DNA of 64,000 nt from an uncultured bacterium. Its GTDB lineage: Bacteria > JAGOEH01. Of this stretch, positions 50,608-61,300 are shown piece after piece. Position 1 is the stretch's first letter. Each line of letters opens with the position of its first letter. The notes under the pieces were generated by a model, which saw only the letters and a program-made list of their open reading frames with translations, searched no databases and was not told where the DNA came from. The DNA lies in NCBI GenBank assembly GCA_964632485.1, contig CAZWDO010000001.1, positions 357,631 through 421,630 of the forward strand. The letters run 5' to 3'. The position numbers and the translations under genes are program-made.

Positions 50608-51660
50608 TTAGCGAAAACCGATCCATTCAGGATGACGATGGAGTTCGCAAAGAATTTTTTTGACTTCCTGACTACGGTCTTTGGGACATACCAGGACGAT
50701 ATTATCCACGGCTACAACGACACTATCCCTGAGACCCACAGTGGCGATCAGTCGATTATCTCCCGCATAAACGACATTTCCTTCGCTTTCGAGGCATACT
50801 CCCTGCCCATGAATCACATTGCCAGTTTGATCGCTTTTAAGAATTTTTTCTAAAGAGAGCCAGCATCCCACGTCATTCCAATCAAACCGCGCGGAAACGC
50901 AGCGCACATTCGCCGCTTTCTCCATTATCGCATAATCGATTGAGGTAGCGGTAAATTGGGAAAAAACCGTTTCTGTTTGACCCGATTTTAATTCCAGAGG
51001 AGTTAAGGCGATCAGTTTCTGAAAAATCTCATGTTCCATCGGCTGCCACTGGCGCACAGCGCTTATCAACGTATCGACCTTCCAGATAAACATTCCACTA
51101 TTCCAAAAAGCATTGCCGGCTTCAATGTAGTGACTCGCCGTCTCAAAATCAGGTTTCTCCATAAAGCGTTCCACTTCTCCATTCTCGCGGCGAATAATAT
51201 AACCAAACCCCGTTTCCGGATAAGTGGGAACAATGCCGATAGTGACCAAAGCGGAATCATGGAGAGCTAATTGAATCGCTTCATCGATTGTGGCCAAAAA
51301 TTGATCAACAGGAGCTATATAGTGATCGGCAGGAAATATTAACATAGTTGCGTTCGGATCGAGCATTGAAAGATAAGCGGCAGCCAGATAGATTGCCGGC
51401 GCCGAATTGCGTCCCTGAGGCTCAACAATAAAATTATCCATCGTTAAAAAGGATGTAGCTTCCACCATTAATTGCGCCAATGAGCGGTTACAGACAATTA
51501 AAATTCGTTCTAAAGGGATTCGCGGTTGTAACCGATCAATTGTTTCTTCAATCAAAGTTTTTCCGCTATAAACATTAATCAATTGTTTGGGACGTTTTTC
51601 CCGACTTAAGGGCCATAATCGTTCTCCCTTACCGCCGGCTAAAATCACAGCATATTCCAT
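50608..51660 (-). CDS. manC: mannose-1-phosphate guanylyltransferase
   Basis: VILAGGKGERLWPLSR...PKQ, EPQGRNSAPAI, PADHYI, TGFGYI, FMEKP, WNSGMF, SIDYAIMEK, WNDVG. Confidence 0.93.
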   Translation of the reverse strand: MEYAVILAGGKGERLWPLSREKRPKQLINVYSGKTLIEETIDRLQPRIPLERILIVCNRSLAQLMVEATSFLTMDNFIVEPQGRNSAPAIYLAAAYLSMLDPNATMLIFPADHYIAPVDQFLATIDEAIQLALHDSALVTIGIVPTYPETGFGYIIRRENGEVERFMEKPDFETASHYIEAGNAFWNSGMFIWKVDTLISAVRQWQPMEHEIFQKLIALTPLELKSGQTETVFSQFTATSIDYAIMEKAANVRCVSARFDWNDVGCWLSLEKILKSDQTGNVIHGQGVCLESEGNVVYAGDNRLIATVGLRDSVVVAVDNIVLVCPKDRSQEVKKILCELHRHPEWIGFR

Positions 51661-51728
51661 AGGACCGCCTTTACGGAATTGAAGATAAAAAAAAGGACAA
51701 ACTCATCGTTTTTATTCGAGTCTATGTT

Positions 51729-54700
51729 TTAATGGATAATAATCAATTTGCGGGTCTTTCGTTCACCTTGTTCATTAACGGCTGAAACAAAATAGAGTCC
51801 ATCCGGCCACGGGGTGGCATCGATTGAACGGGAAATTTCGGTTTGGGCCGGGCAATGAAAAATATCCTGGTATAATTGGTGTCCGAGAATATTATAGACA
51901 CTCAGCGTAATCACTCCGGCCTCCATCTGACGGAAATAAATAAGTGTTTGAGTAGTCGCTGGATTGGGTTGGGGAGCGCTCAGATAAAATTGATTTCGTT
52001 TCAATATGGCGACTGAATCATCCATTCCAGTGATAATCAAGGGAGTTGACCAACTCCAGTTACTACGGTTCTGATTAATGTCTATACATTGGACGCCATA
52101 GGAATATGAACCGTTCGGCATTAGTAAACGTTCGGTAAACGATGTATCCTTCAATGAACTGGCGATTAACTGGGTATCTGCGTTTATCACTCGCTTAAAC
52201 TGGTAGTGGGAAAAATCATTTTCATGATTAGCAGGCCAAGTAACCGTCACTTGAAATGGATCCGATTCAGCGCGTTGAATGCGGACAAAGGAAGGTGACT
52301 GAGGCGGATTCTGGTCCATGGACGAAGAGTCAAGCGTCATGAATTCACTCCACCGTTCGATAAATCCACCGGCGATATCCCAGGCATAGGCGCGGTAACC
52401 ATAGCGCAGATCAGCCTTCAGACCGGTTATGACAATCTCATGAATATTCGCAAGATCGGGACGACTGACCGTAATCGTATCAGTAGGATCATCCGCCTGC
52501 CAATAATCCATATAGGCATACGCCAGTCGATTCGTCTGCCAGGTGAATACCGCCCGAGTCGGGGAGACGGATTGCAATGCCGGTTCAGTCGTAAAACTCA
52601 ATGGCTCACTATTTGATCCGCTAATACTAAAAGAATCTGTTTCAGTTGTCAATACCAGCCGATCAAGCAGGTCATGGCAAAATAGTTGATAATAGTACCG
52701 ATTCTGAGAGTTCAAATTATTCATAACTAAAAGATGCTGATCGGTAATTGACGGTTCATAATAATAAAATGGATTGACCAGCATCTGCGATGTAGCCAGA
52801 CTGCTGCGGGAATCGCAGGGCAGATTTGTTTGCCAGCTCATCAGCGCAAAATTATCGCCAATATAGTATTCGGCGCTATCCACCATGACGATCGGAACAT
52901 CAGGGGGCATCTGAGGCAAGGTGAAAACCAAATCTTCCAAAGGAGAAGAGCTGTTGTTGGCTAAATCAAAAACCGTCAGTAAGGCCCGATACGTTGTCCC
53001 GGGGATTAATCGATTAATGGTAACAACATTTTCCGTCTGGTAGTCCTGGTTCTCTATCTGGGCGACTAATTGGCTGGCCGGATCATAGAGAGATAATGAA
53101 TAGCCGCTGGCTTCATTCGTTTCCCATTTGATCAGCGCGCTGGAATCAGTATTAGCATAAAGCACAGGTTGCGCGACGAATTCCGGAGAGCGTTGATCAC
53201 TGTTAGTATTCGTGGAAAAAGAATTCGTACCAAATCCACTGGTTGCCTTCCGTCGATATAAACCGCTAATGGATAGCAAATCGGCTCCACCATCCCAAAA
53301 AGTTTCATTTCCTGCTCCATCTTTCAACAATATAGAGATATGATAGACTTGTCCCGGAATAAGATTGAAAACAAAAAAAACATGTCTGCGTTTAAAAACT
53401 TCACTTCTCAAAGTATCAATCGGAACGATAGCAGCCCCCTGGAAAAGATATAACCAGGCCTGGCACCCCTCATCGGCAATCAGGGAGATGAATGCCAGAC
53501 TATCGGTGGACACAGCAAAAGGACCTCTGAGAATATGGGAGGGGGATCGATCCGGCTCCGCCAGCGTCCGAAGCGGATAGACGCGGGGACTCCATATCGC
53601 CCCACTGGTTGTTTGAATTCCCGGAATCAGCAGGTATTGTTGATTGGGTTGCAAATTCTCGAATCGAAAAAAATGCGTTAAAACAGAATCGCTTTCTTCC
53701 GAGAAAATGGCAGATCCTCCGGGAACGCGAATTTGACAGATCCCTTTTAGCGCCTGATCCGTAGTAAATCTGACAGTCATCTCCCGTTCTCCGATATATA
53801 CCGGGTCAAGCCCTCCAATAAACGGAATATCCTTGGGAATTTGGCTGGCAAGGGTTTGAAAACTTCCAATTTGATTTTGAAAGGCAAATATTGAATGGTA
53901 ATAAGCCTCAACCACATAATAATAAACCGTATTATCCGATAGATTGTTCAAATACAGAAGATGCTGCGTATTTTCAATCAGGCTGATCGCTTCGGAATTG
54001 AGAGTTTGGGGAGTCAGGCCATAGCGAATCCGGCATGTTACCGTATGGTTAAAAATCACTTCCAGAGCAGCCTGGGATGAAGTGATTGATCGCAGTGTTG
54101 GCTTGCGCATCAGTGATATTGGCGGCAAAGCGCCTTTCCCGCTAACAGGAAGAGTGATCCGATCTCCATTATCTAAATTTACAAATAGAGTATCGGAATA
54201 AAAAATGGTATCGGCTGGACAAAATTTTAGTGCTAAACGTGTTGAGTCCTGGGAAGAAATGGCGATGGGCAGTGATCCCTCTAAACTGAAAATTGTGGAA
54301 TAGCGCGCGAATTGCACGTTCGAGATTTGCCGGGAATCCTCTGAACGATTAATAATGTGCAGGGGTTTCTCCGAACAGGCAGCGATATAGGTCGGATCGA
54401 ATGATACCTGAGTGGGATTGGCATAGACACCGCCATTGGCGCGAATTTCAAAGCGAGGAGAAACAAACTCCTCAGTTTGTGGAGCAGAATTCACTACTTT
54501 TAAACGGCACCGGGCGGAAGAAATGTCTGGAACAACCCAGTTGAACAGATTTTGATTGACAACGGCGGAATCCATTAATTGCCAGTTTGATCCGTCATCC
54601 GCGCTAAACCATAGAGCCAGAATCGGGATGTAGCCGGTTGTCAGCCAGTTAAGTACAGCCGTATCACCCACTACTAATAAATCATTCTGGGCTGGAGATT

Positions 54701-57700
54701 GCCACTCCACTGTTGGTAGGACACTTAAGATAAATGAATCAGAAACCGACTCAATATCATTATAACCAGAACATTGAAGTCGCAGACGAAGCTTATCAAA
54801 ATGATCGGAAACGTTCTGAGCGATCCAATTATAACTCCCGGTATTGATTAATGAATCAGCAATGGGTATCCAGAACTGACTGGTGTCGATTGAATAAGCG
54901 AGATTGACTCGGGGGGCGATATATTGAGTTTGCCAGCGACAAAAAACAGTATCCGGAAAAAACACCACATCGCCGGCAAGAGGGCTATCAAAGCTGAATT
55001 CAGGAGGAAACGAAATGATAAAACCCTGATCGTTTATATCGAAAATAGCGGAGCTATCCATATCCGTCAGACGAATATCGGCGGCAACCGTTGAGACTTG
55101 AGGGGGCGTCCATTCAAATGAGCCCGTATTGGGAATATTGATCGATTGAAGCGAAAAGGAAGACTGCATACTGGCCCGGTATTCCAGCTTCACCCGGGTC
55201 ACGCTTGCCGGAGCTTCCCACTGAATTGTGCAGGGCCGATCGTTGAGTACCAATTCTCCGCCATTGGGATTAGTAATAACAATCTGACGTTTAGGGCGAA
55301 TGGTAAAAAATTGGGAGGAAGTGTCTGCTACGTTTACCGCGCCTACAGCTTGCAAGACAATCCGCGCCGAATCGCTGGCAGGTATGGAATCCGCAATGAA
55401 CCAGTTATATAGCGTATCGCCAACTGATACTTCTTGCGCCAGGGGATATGTCACGACTGAGCCGGCGGATGTTATAAGAAGAATGATATCAAGCTGATTA
55501 ATAATCCCGCTATAGGACCACCGAATGGGATATGCGTTATCTTTTTCCCAGGTATCTCCACCATTGGGAGTAACGAGCGTTAGCGAATTGAAATAAATCT
55601 GGAATGGATTATCGGATTGATCATTAATCGTAGAATCGTTATGTTGACGGATCGTGATCCTGCATTGGGATGAATTGATAAGGGCTGGATTCCAGATGAA
55701 TTGTCCCGTATTCGGAGTTCGGTTATGGATTACCGAGCGAGTAGCGTCATTGTCGGAACTGAAAAGCAACCGGATAGAATCGATGGCTCCGGTGGAATTC
55801 CAACGAATTGTATCCGTTTTACCCGCTGGTAGTTGCTCTCCACCGTTGGGCCGAGTCAGGCTTAGCGTCCGCTGAGTTAGTATCCGGAACGGGGCTTCAT
55901 GACTGGCCTCATACTGCGGCTGAGCTTGGCTAACCACTTTCAATCGACAGGTATTGGATACTGCCGATGCTGGAATCAACCAATTATAGGTCAAAGTATC
56001 CACTGAGGCGGGGGATTGAGCATTTAACGCACTAAGCTTAGCTTCGGTATAAATCTGTGTATAATTCAGACCATTGTCAGTGGAAAGTAACAAATTTATC
56101 GGACTGGGATAGTTATTTTTCACCCAGCGCACCGGGATGGTTTGACCTACCTCAAAAATCGCTCCGGGTAGAGGGGAAACCATTTTCAAATACTGATCGA
56201 TTCTAAAAGCCGCCGCATTTTCCGATTGAACTCCAGCATCTTCATAGTCGCTAATAAGGATAAAACAATTTGCCGATTGCATGTTAAGCGGTACATTCCA
56301 GGACCATTGGCCGTTGCAGGGAGTATTTTCCACTAATGGCTGCCAGGTGGCGCGGTTATCAGACGAAAAATATATATTAACAGCATTAATCGAGCCAGTG
56401 AAGGTATATTCGATATTGAGCGGGTCGCCCCCGTAATAGACTGAGTTGCCCGTTGGCTGGGTTAATGCTAATGTACGCTGTTCATTGACAACAATCGTCG
56501 TCGTCGTACTATCAGAACCGCCGACAGAATCAGTAGCCTGGATAAACAAATAATAAGTTCCCTGCGTATTATACGTATGATCTAAACTAAGCGCCGTTCC
56601 CGGAGAATAATTATTGATGAATTGCGTGGGGTTTCCATCGCCCCAATTATATTGAAGAGTTAATGAATGCCCATCGGGATCATTGACCTGGAACTGGAGA
56701 TTGAGATTCAGGTTAGCGACAACCGGATCCGGAGTAATGGTAATCCCTGTTATAACAGGGGGGGAGTTGGCTTTAGTTTTGAACCAGTAGCTGGGGCTGA
56801 GGCTAGTTTCATTGCAATCCTGCGCATTCACCTGCCACCAGTGCCACTTATCAAAGCTGAGGTTATTGACAGTGATCGAAGAAGCTAAGGTGTCGTAAAT
56901 ACCCGCCACATGCGTTCCCAGGGAATCCCAAACATCCAGATCGTAGATCAGTTTATTGCCCGAAGCGCTGGTTCCAACCCAACTGATTGTAACGGAAGTG
57001 TTTAGACCTGGGGTGCCATCAGCGGGACTGGGCGATGACACCGATGGCGTTAACGGAGGATGCAGGGTATCGAAATGCAAGGTGTCGCCGTAATACGGGA
57101 TATAGTTAACAGTGTAGTTGGCGGGAGAGATTGATGCGATGGGGTCATTACAGGAACCCCAGTTATTGAAACGACAGTTGAGGGTTTTGAAAGCAGCCGC
57201 AGTCCCGTCGATATTGGAGGCGTTACCGAATATATCGTTGGCCATGCCGATTGAATTACCGACCGTCGGCTCACTTTCATCCAAAAAAATACCACTGGCG
57301 GTATTGTTTTGAATCTTGTTGTTGCGGATAGTCAGAGAATTTTCGCAATTATTACAGATAATTCCGGATCCGCTATTGGTATTGATCGTATTGTCATGAA
57401 TCGATCCGGTCGTGAAATCGCACTTGATGCCAATGCCATTATTGTTGATGACGCAGTTGCCGACTTCGAGATAGAGGGGGAAACTGACATTGTTGTGCAG
57501 AATCGCCGGCTGCCAGCTCGGAGACATGCTCAGGCCATTGCTGTTGAAGGCGCAATTGGTGATGATAACCGAATCGGTGCCAACGGCGTTGATGCCGTGA
57601 CCGTTGTTATAAAACACGCAATTATTGACGGACAGTTTAGAGTATCCGCTGCTGTTGATGCCGTTTTCCATTCCGTTGAAATCCACGGCGTATATTTCGC

Positions 57701-58070
57701 AATCCTGCACGAAAAGGATTGGGGCGCCCTGATTGATGCCGGCAGTGGCATTGTAGTTACCGTTAATTTTTAAACCCTTGATCGTGGCATTGGCATTACA
57801 TTGAATAACGCTTGATCCGGAAACATCCTGAATCGTGGGATGAACCCCCAATGCCGCTCGCAACTCAATCGACGCATTAATTACAACGTTTTCCTGATAA
57901 ACCGAATCATCCTGTATTTCTACGACATCGCCGCCGCCTACAAGCGCCAACGCGGCAGTAATTGTCGTGCTGTTGCCGCCACCATCTTTTCTGACTGTTA
58001 CTATTGTGCCCGCATCAATACTCAATACAATACTTATCATAAAAATAAAAATTTGGATCATTTTTTTCAT
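51729..58070 (-). CDS. giant secreted modular protein (2113 aa): right-handed beta-helix, PKD, tandem Ig-like repeats, FN3-like repeats, T9SS-type tail
   Basis: Signal peptide, Asn-rich beta-helix (VNNCVFYNN, IRNNKIQNN), YNWGDG PKD motif, repeated PNGGE...I.W...S.DNG units, W.TN repeats, and tail PQPNP...YNILG...PDGLYFV...TRKLIIIH. Confidence 0.85.
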   Translation of the reverse strand: MKKMIQIFIFMISIVLSIDAGTIVTVRKDGGGNSTTITAALALVGGGDVVEIQDDSVYQENVVINASIELRAALGVHPTIQDVSGSSVIQCNANATIKGLKINGNYNATAGINQGAPILFVQDCEIYAVDFNGMENGINSSGYSKLSVNNCVFYNNGHGINAVGTDSVIITNCAFNSNGLSMSPSWQPAILHNNVSFPLYLEVGNCVINNNGIGIKCDFTTGSIHDNTINTNSGSGIICNNCENSLTIRNNKIQNNTASGIFLDESEPTVGNSIGMANDIFGNASNIDGTAAAFKTLNCRFNNWGSCNDPIASISPANYTVNYIPYYGDTLHFDTLHPPLTPSVSSPSPADGTPGLNTSVTISWVGTSASGNKLIYDLDVWDSLGTHVAGIYDTLASSITVNNLSFDKWHWWQVNAQDCNETSLSPSYWFKTKANSPPVITGITITPDPVVANLNLNLQFQVNDPDGHSLTLQYNWGDGNPTQFINNYSPGTALSLDHTYNTQGTYYLFIQATDSVGGSDSTTTTIVVNEQRTLALTQPTGNSVYYGGDPLNIEYTFTGSINAVNIYFSSDNRATWQPLVENTPCNGQWSWNVPLNMQSANCFILISDYEDAGVQSENAAAFRIDQYLKMVSPLPGAIFEVGQTIPVRWVKNNYPSPINLLLSTDNGLNYTQIYTEAKLSALNAQSPASVDTLTYNWLIPASAVSNTCRLKVVSQAQPQYEASHEAPFRILTQRTLSLTRPNGGEQLPAGKTDTIRWNSTGAIDSIRLLFSSDNDATRSVIHNRTPNTGQFIWNPALINSSQCRITIRQHNDSTINDQSDNPFQIYFNSLTLVTPNGGDTWEKDNAYPIRWSYSGIINQLDIILLITSAGSVVTYPLAQEVSVGDTLYNWFIADSIPASDSARIVLQAVGAVNVADTSSQFFTIRPKRQIVITNPNGGELVLNDRPCTIQWEAPASVTRVKLEYRASMQSSFSLQSINIPNTGSFEWTPPQVSTVAADIRLTDMDSSAIFDINDQGFIISFPPEFSFDSPLAGDVVFFPDTVFCRWQTQYIAPRVNLAYSIDTSQFWIPIADSLINTGSYNWIAQNVSDHFDKLRLRLQCSGYNDIESVSDSFILSVLPTVEWQSPAQNDLLVVGDTAVLNWLTTGYIPILALWFSADDGSNWQLMDSAVVNQNLFNWVVPDISSARCRLKVVNSAPQTEEFVSPRFEIRANGGVYANPTQVSFDPTYIAACSEKPLHIINRSEDSRQISNVQFARYSTIFSLEGSLPIAISSQDSTRLALKFCPADTIFYSDTLFVNLDNGDRITLPVSGKGALPPISLMRKPTLRSITSSQAALEVIFNHTVTCRIRYGLTPQTLNSEAISLIENTQHLLYLNNLSDNTVYYYVVEAYYHSIFAFQNQIGSFQTLASQIPKDIPFIGGLDPVYIGEREMTVRFTTDQALKGICQIRVPGGSAIFSEESDSVLTHFFRFENLQPNQQYLLIPGIQTTSGAIWSPRVYPLRTLAEPDRSPSHILRGPFAVSTDSLAFISLIADEGCQAWLYLFQGAAIVPIDTLRSEVFKRRHVFFVFNLIPGQVYHISILLKDGAGNETFWDGGADLLSISGLYRRKATSGFGTNSFSTNTNSDQRSPEFVAQPVLYANTDSSALIKWETNEASGYSLSLYDPASQLVAQIENQDYQTENVVTINRLIPGTTYRALLTVFDLANNSSSPLEDLVFTLPQMPPDVPIVMVDSAEYYIGDNFALMSWQTNLPCDSRSSLATSQMLVNPFYYYEPSITDQHLLVMNNLNSQNRYYYQLFCHDLLDRLVLTTETDSFSISGSNSEPLSFTTEPALQSVSPTRAVFTWQTNRLAYAYMDYWQADDPTDTITVSRPDLANIHEIVITGLKADLRYGYRAYAWDIAGGFIERWSEFMTLDSSSMDQNPPQSPSFVRIQRAESDPFQVTVTWPANHENDFSHYQFKRVINADTQLIASSLKDTSFTERLLMPNGSYSYGVQCIDINQNRSNWSWSTPLIITGMDDSVAILKRNQFYLSAPQPNPATTQTLIYFRQMEAGVITLSVYNILGHQLYQDIFHCPAQTEISRSIDATPWPDGLYFVSAVNEQGERKTRKLIIIH

Positions 58071-58100
58071 AAATCAGTCCTTTTCTAAATTCCTTAATTT

Positions 58101-58129
58101 ATTATAATCATTTTCCCTTGATTTGTCAA
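58101..58129 (-). promoter_or_regulatory. perfect sigma-70 consensus promoter for the 2113-aa gene
   Basis: Minus strand TTGACA-N17-TATAAT. Confidence 0.75.
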
Positions 58130-58353
58130 ATATTTTATTGCTCCCCCATAATATTTCAACTTTGATCGAAACCCGGAGAACCGAAAAGCCCAAAATCCCT
58201 GATTTATTAGTGACCAAGCCTTGCTACCTTATCGAATGTTTCCCTACATCATTCCGAACCCGTCAAAGCCCTTAGAGGAATTCCATGATTTTTCAGCCGA
58301 TGTACGCCTTCAAAATAACATGAATAGCCATTAGCGCTACATAAAGGACAACA

Positions 58354-61300
58354 TTAGCGAAGCATTAGGACTTTATAGTGGTAACGGCCAGTTCCGCATA
58401 TCAACTCAAGAATATACACTCCCTGAGGCAAGGATTGTCCACCCCCCTCGCATAATCCTACAAACACCCGTCTCTCCATAACGAAATCGAATTCTTTACG
58501 CAGAACCTTTTCTCCAAGGATATTGTAAAATGTCAGCTTACAACTTCGGAACAGTGCTTCCGAAGGAAATTCCACTATCAGATAGTCTGAACATGGATTG
58601 GGATAAACGCGTGGCTTCGCGGGCGTACACCGGTTGTATGGTTCCCCGTAACTAACAGTGGGAAAGACCGTCAGTATGTCTGAGAACTCCGACTCTTGGG
58701 AATGGAATCCTTTCCAAACCGCTTGAACCCGATAGCGGCATGAATCCCGAGAAATAAACCGCTCTATATAAGAGGTATCCATCCATGGCCAATGCAAAAG
58801 CTCAAATCCGCTACCCGTATCCCGTTCCAAGCGGTAAAGCAATTTAAACTGCCCGGCAGGGTTTCCCCGCCAATGCAGCCGAATCGATGAATCGGTTCTT
58901 TCCTCCTCATTAAAAAACGGAGCCTCGATAGCGGGCGGGATTAAAACGGGCTGTATGGAAAATGTTGTATCGTAACTGATTCTAGCCTCTCCGGGAAGCG
59001 ATAGTGTTAATTGAAAATTGTAAACTGAATTCCCGGAGAATGACGATAAATAATAGCGGTGAAACCGAGTTATGATATGTTCATAATACTCGAGTGTATC
59101 GGATGAATTTTCGCATCGGCAGTGAATACGCGAATAACAGGGAAGCTGAGTAGTAAAACTCAAAGACAGAGAGCTATCGGGAAACCATTCGAGTCGCAGG
59201 GGTGAATTTGGTATTAGGGATTCCGAATTAAATTCATCTAAGCCCTCCACTTCCCAAGCTCCTTCCCACCAGGTAAGGGTTGTTTTCGGATCGATCAAAC
59301 GCGCATTGAGGTTATAAAAATTTCCAGGCTCTAATCCAAAAACAAACCCCGGAGACTGAATTGTCGGGATTACCTGTAAGGATAGCAACCGATTGCCATA
59401 CTTAGTCTCAAGTTCCAGCAAAGCGGAAACCATAGGAGGGGCCACCCGAAGGAAGGCGAAACCGGGATAGTTCCAGAGACTGCAACATACAGCTTCTCTC
59501 GGCAACGCTGGCGGTGGAGAGGACCAGACAATGGAATCAGTCAAGCATAAATCTCCACTAATAGCATAAATACGCCAATCGACATGCCATTTTTTTGATT
59601 CAGCTAAATTCCCCAATTCGATAAAATGATCGAAACGCCACTCTTTACCCGCATCGACCCATATCAATTGACCCGATTCGTCAAAAAGTTCCACTTCCAA
59701 CCGGCTCAGCAGTTGTGTGCGGCAGATAATGATATCCGTTCCGTTTGGCATACGCTCTAAACAAGGGTATTTAATCGGGAATAGCGGTTGAAGATTAGGC
59801 TCGCTAGTAGTGCGTGTGTTTATTGTTAGTAACGAGCCGCCAACCGATGAACGCTTTAAAGTGGGATATTGGTTTTCAAGTCTGCTTTGATATGGAGATT
59901 CCGTCACCATTTCCAAACAATAATTTGTGTAAGGCGTCAATGGATAAAAGTTGAAAACATGTCGGGTTGTCGCGTTCAAATCACTTCGTTCCAGGATAGT
60001 TCCAATCTCCGATTTACAGTAAACCCGAGTTTTAACGGAACGATTAGTCAAAAAATAGAGTAGCAGATTCTGATCATTCTTTTCCACCCAGGGACCGGCA
60101 ACAAGCCGGATCGCCGAATCACCGGCAATCCGGTCCGGCAATTCAAATACACCGATTGGCGACTGCAATCCAGGTGGGTCGATCGTTTCCAGACAATAAT
60201 AAAGTGTATCATTCTGAATACATGAAAACTGGAAGTCATGATCTTTTTGGTATGTGGAACTCTCAATCGTATCGCTGAACTCTCCGGTACAGTTCCCATA
60301 AAACAAGCGAACCCTGCTTTCCATACTCAACCGGCAGGATAAGTCGATTTTTGAATCCAACAGCGAGCGGATATAGGGAAACACCTCAAAATAGAGAGAA
60401 TCGGAAGTGAAAGACCCGGGAACCAGAAACGAATCCGGAGGCGTATTCAGCCGGTTCCCGGCGCTATCCGATAGCGTTAGAGTCCAAAACACCCGCCGGC
60501 CGGGCCGGGAAAAACAAATCCGCATTGTATGTTCATCAGACAATGAATCGTTGCGGCATATATAATCCAATGAATCGGCACGTTCCCCATAGTTGCATTC
60601 GGCGCGACACGGTTCAGAAGCGCGCCATGCCAATTCCGCCCAATCGCTATGAAAATGGATCAAGGGTCCGTCGATAATCCGGGGCGCCACCGTATCGGGA
60701 ATCGGTATTTCAAGCAGTGTATCCCAACGGCATTGATTGTCGAATATATCCCAACACAGTAGTTGAAGCGAATCTTGCCCACCCCATCTCAGCACCGGAA
60801 CAGGAACCTGCCACTCGGTTGCCAAGGAGTTCCCGTTATACGTCACTCCCTGCCAATGGCATAAATAACGGGTCGGTTTATCGGTATTCCACGACAACAT
60901 CAGAGAATCAAAATTCACCAGGCTGATGCGGGGAGACAGGGTAAAAACAGGGCAGTTGGTATCCGGCCGTACTATATAATAAAACTCGTAAGACGACATT
61001 TGATTCCCGCTGGTATCAGCTATTGTGAGGCTGAAGTTTACCGTGTCGCCATACGGCCAAGGCGAAGCCGGTCGATACCAGGTATGAAGAAAATGTTCGG
61101 TCAATCGCCAGTTGGGTTCCACTTTTTGCTGATTGACGAAATAATCAAGCGTATTGCTGTCGGGGAAATAGCGATCATCGCCGAATACTATAGCAATCAG
61201 TGGTTTAGGGTCTATTGATTTTGAAAAAGAAACTGGATCAATAGATGCGATATAAGGGGGGACGGTATCGCGTGGAAGTGTAGTAAAAGTGTACCCGGCG

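Noticed and set aside
58329-58372. Degenerate tandem repeat CATTAGCG...AGGAC at the end of the LTD gene
   Set aside because: Only two imperfect copies with no spacer structure, so it is not a CRISPR array or a mobile-element end.
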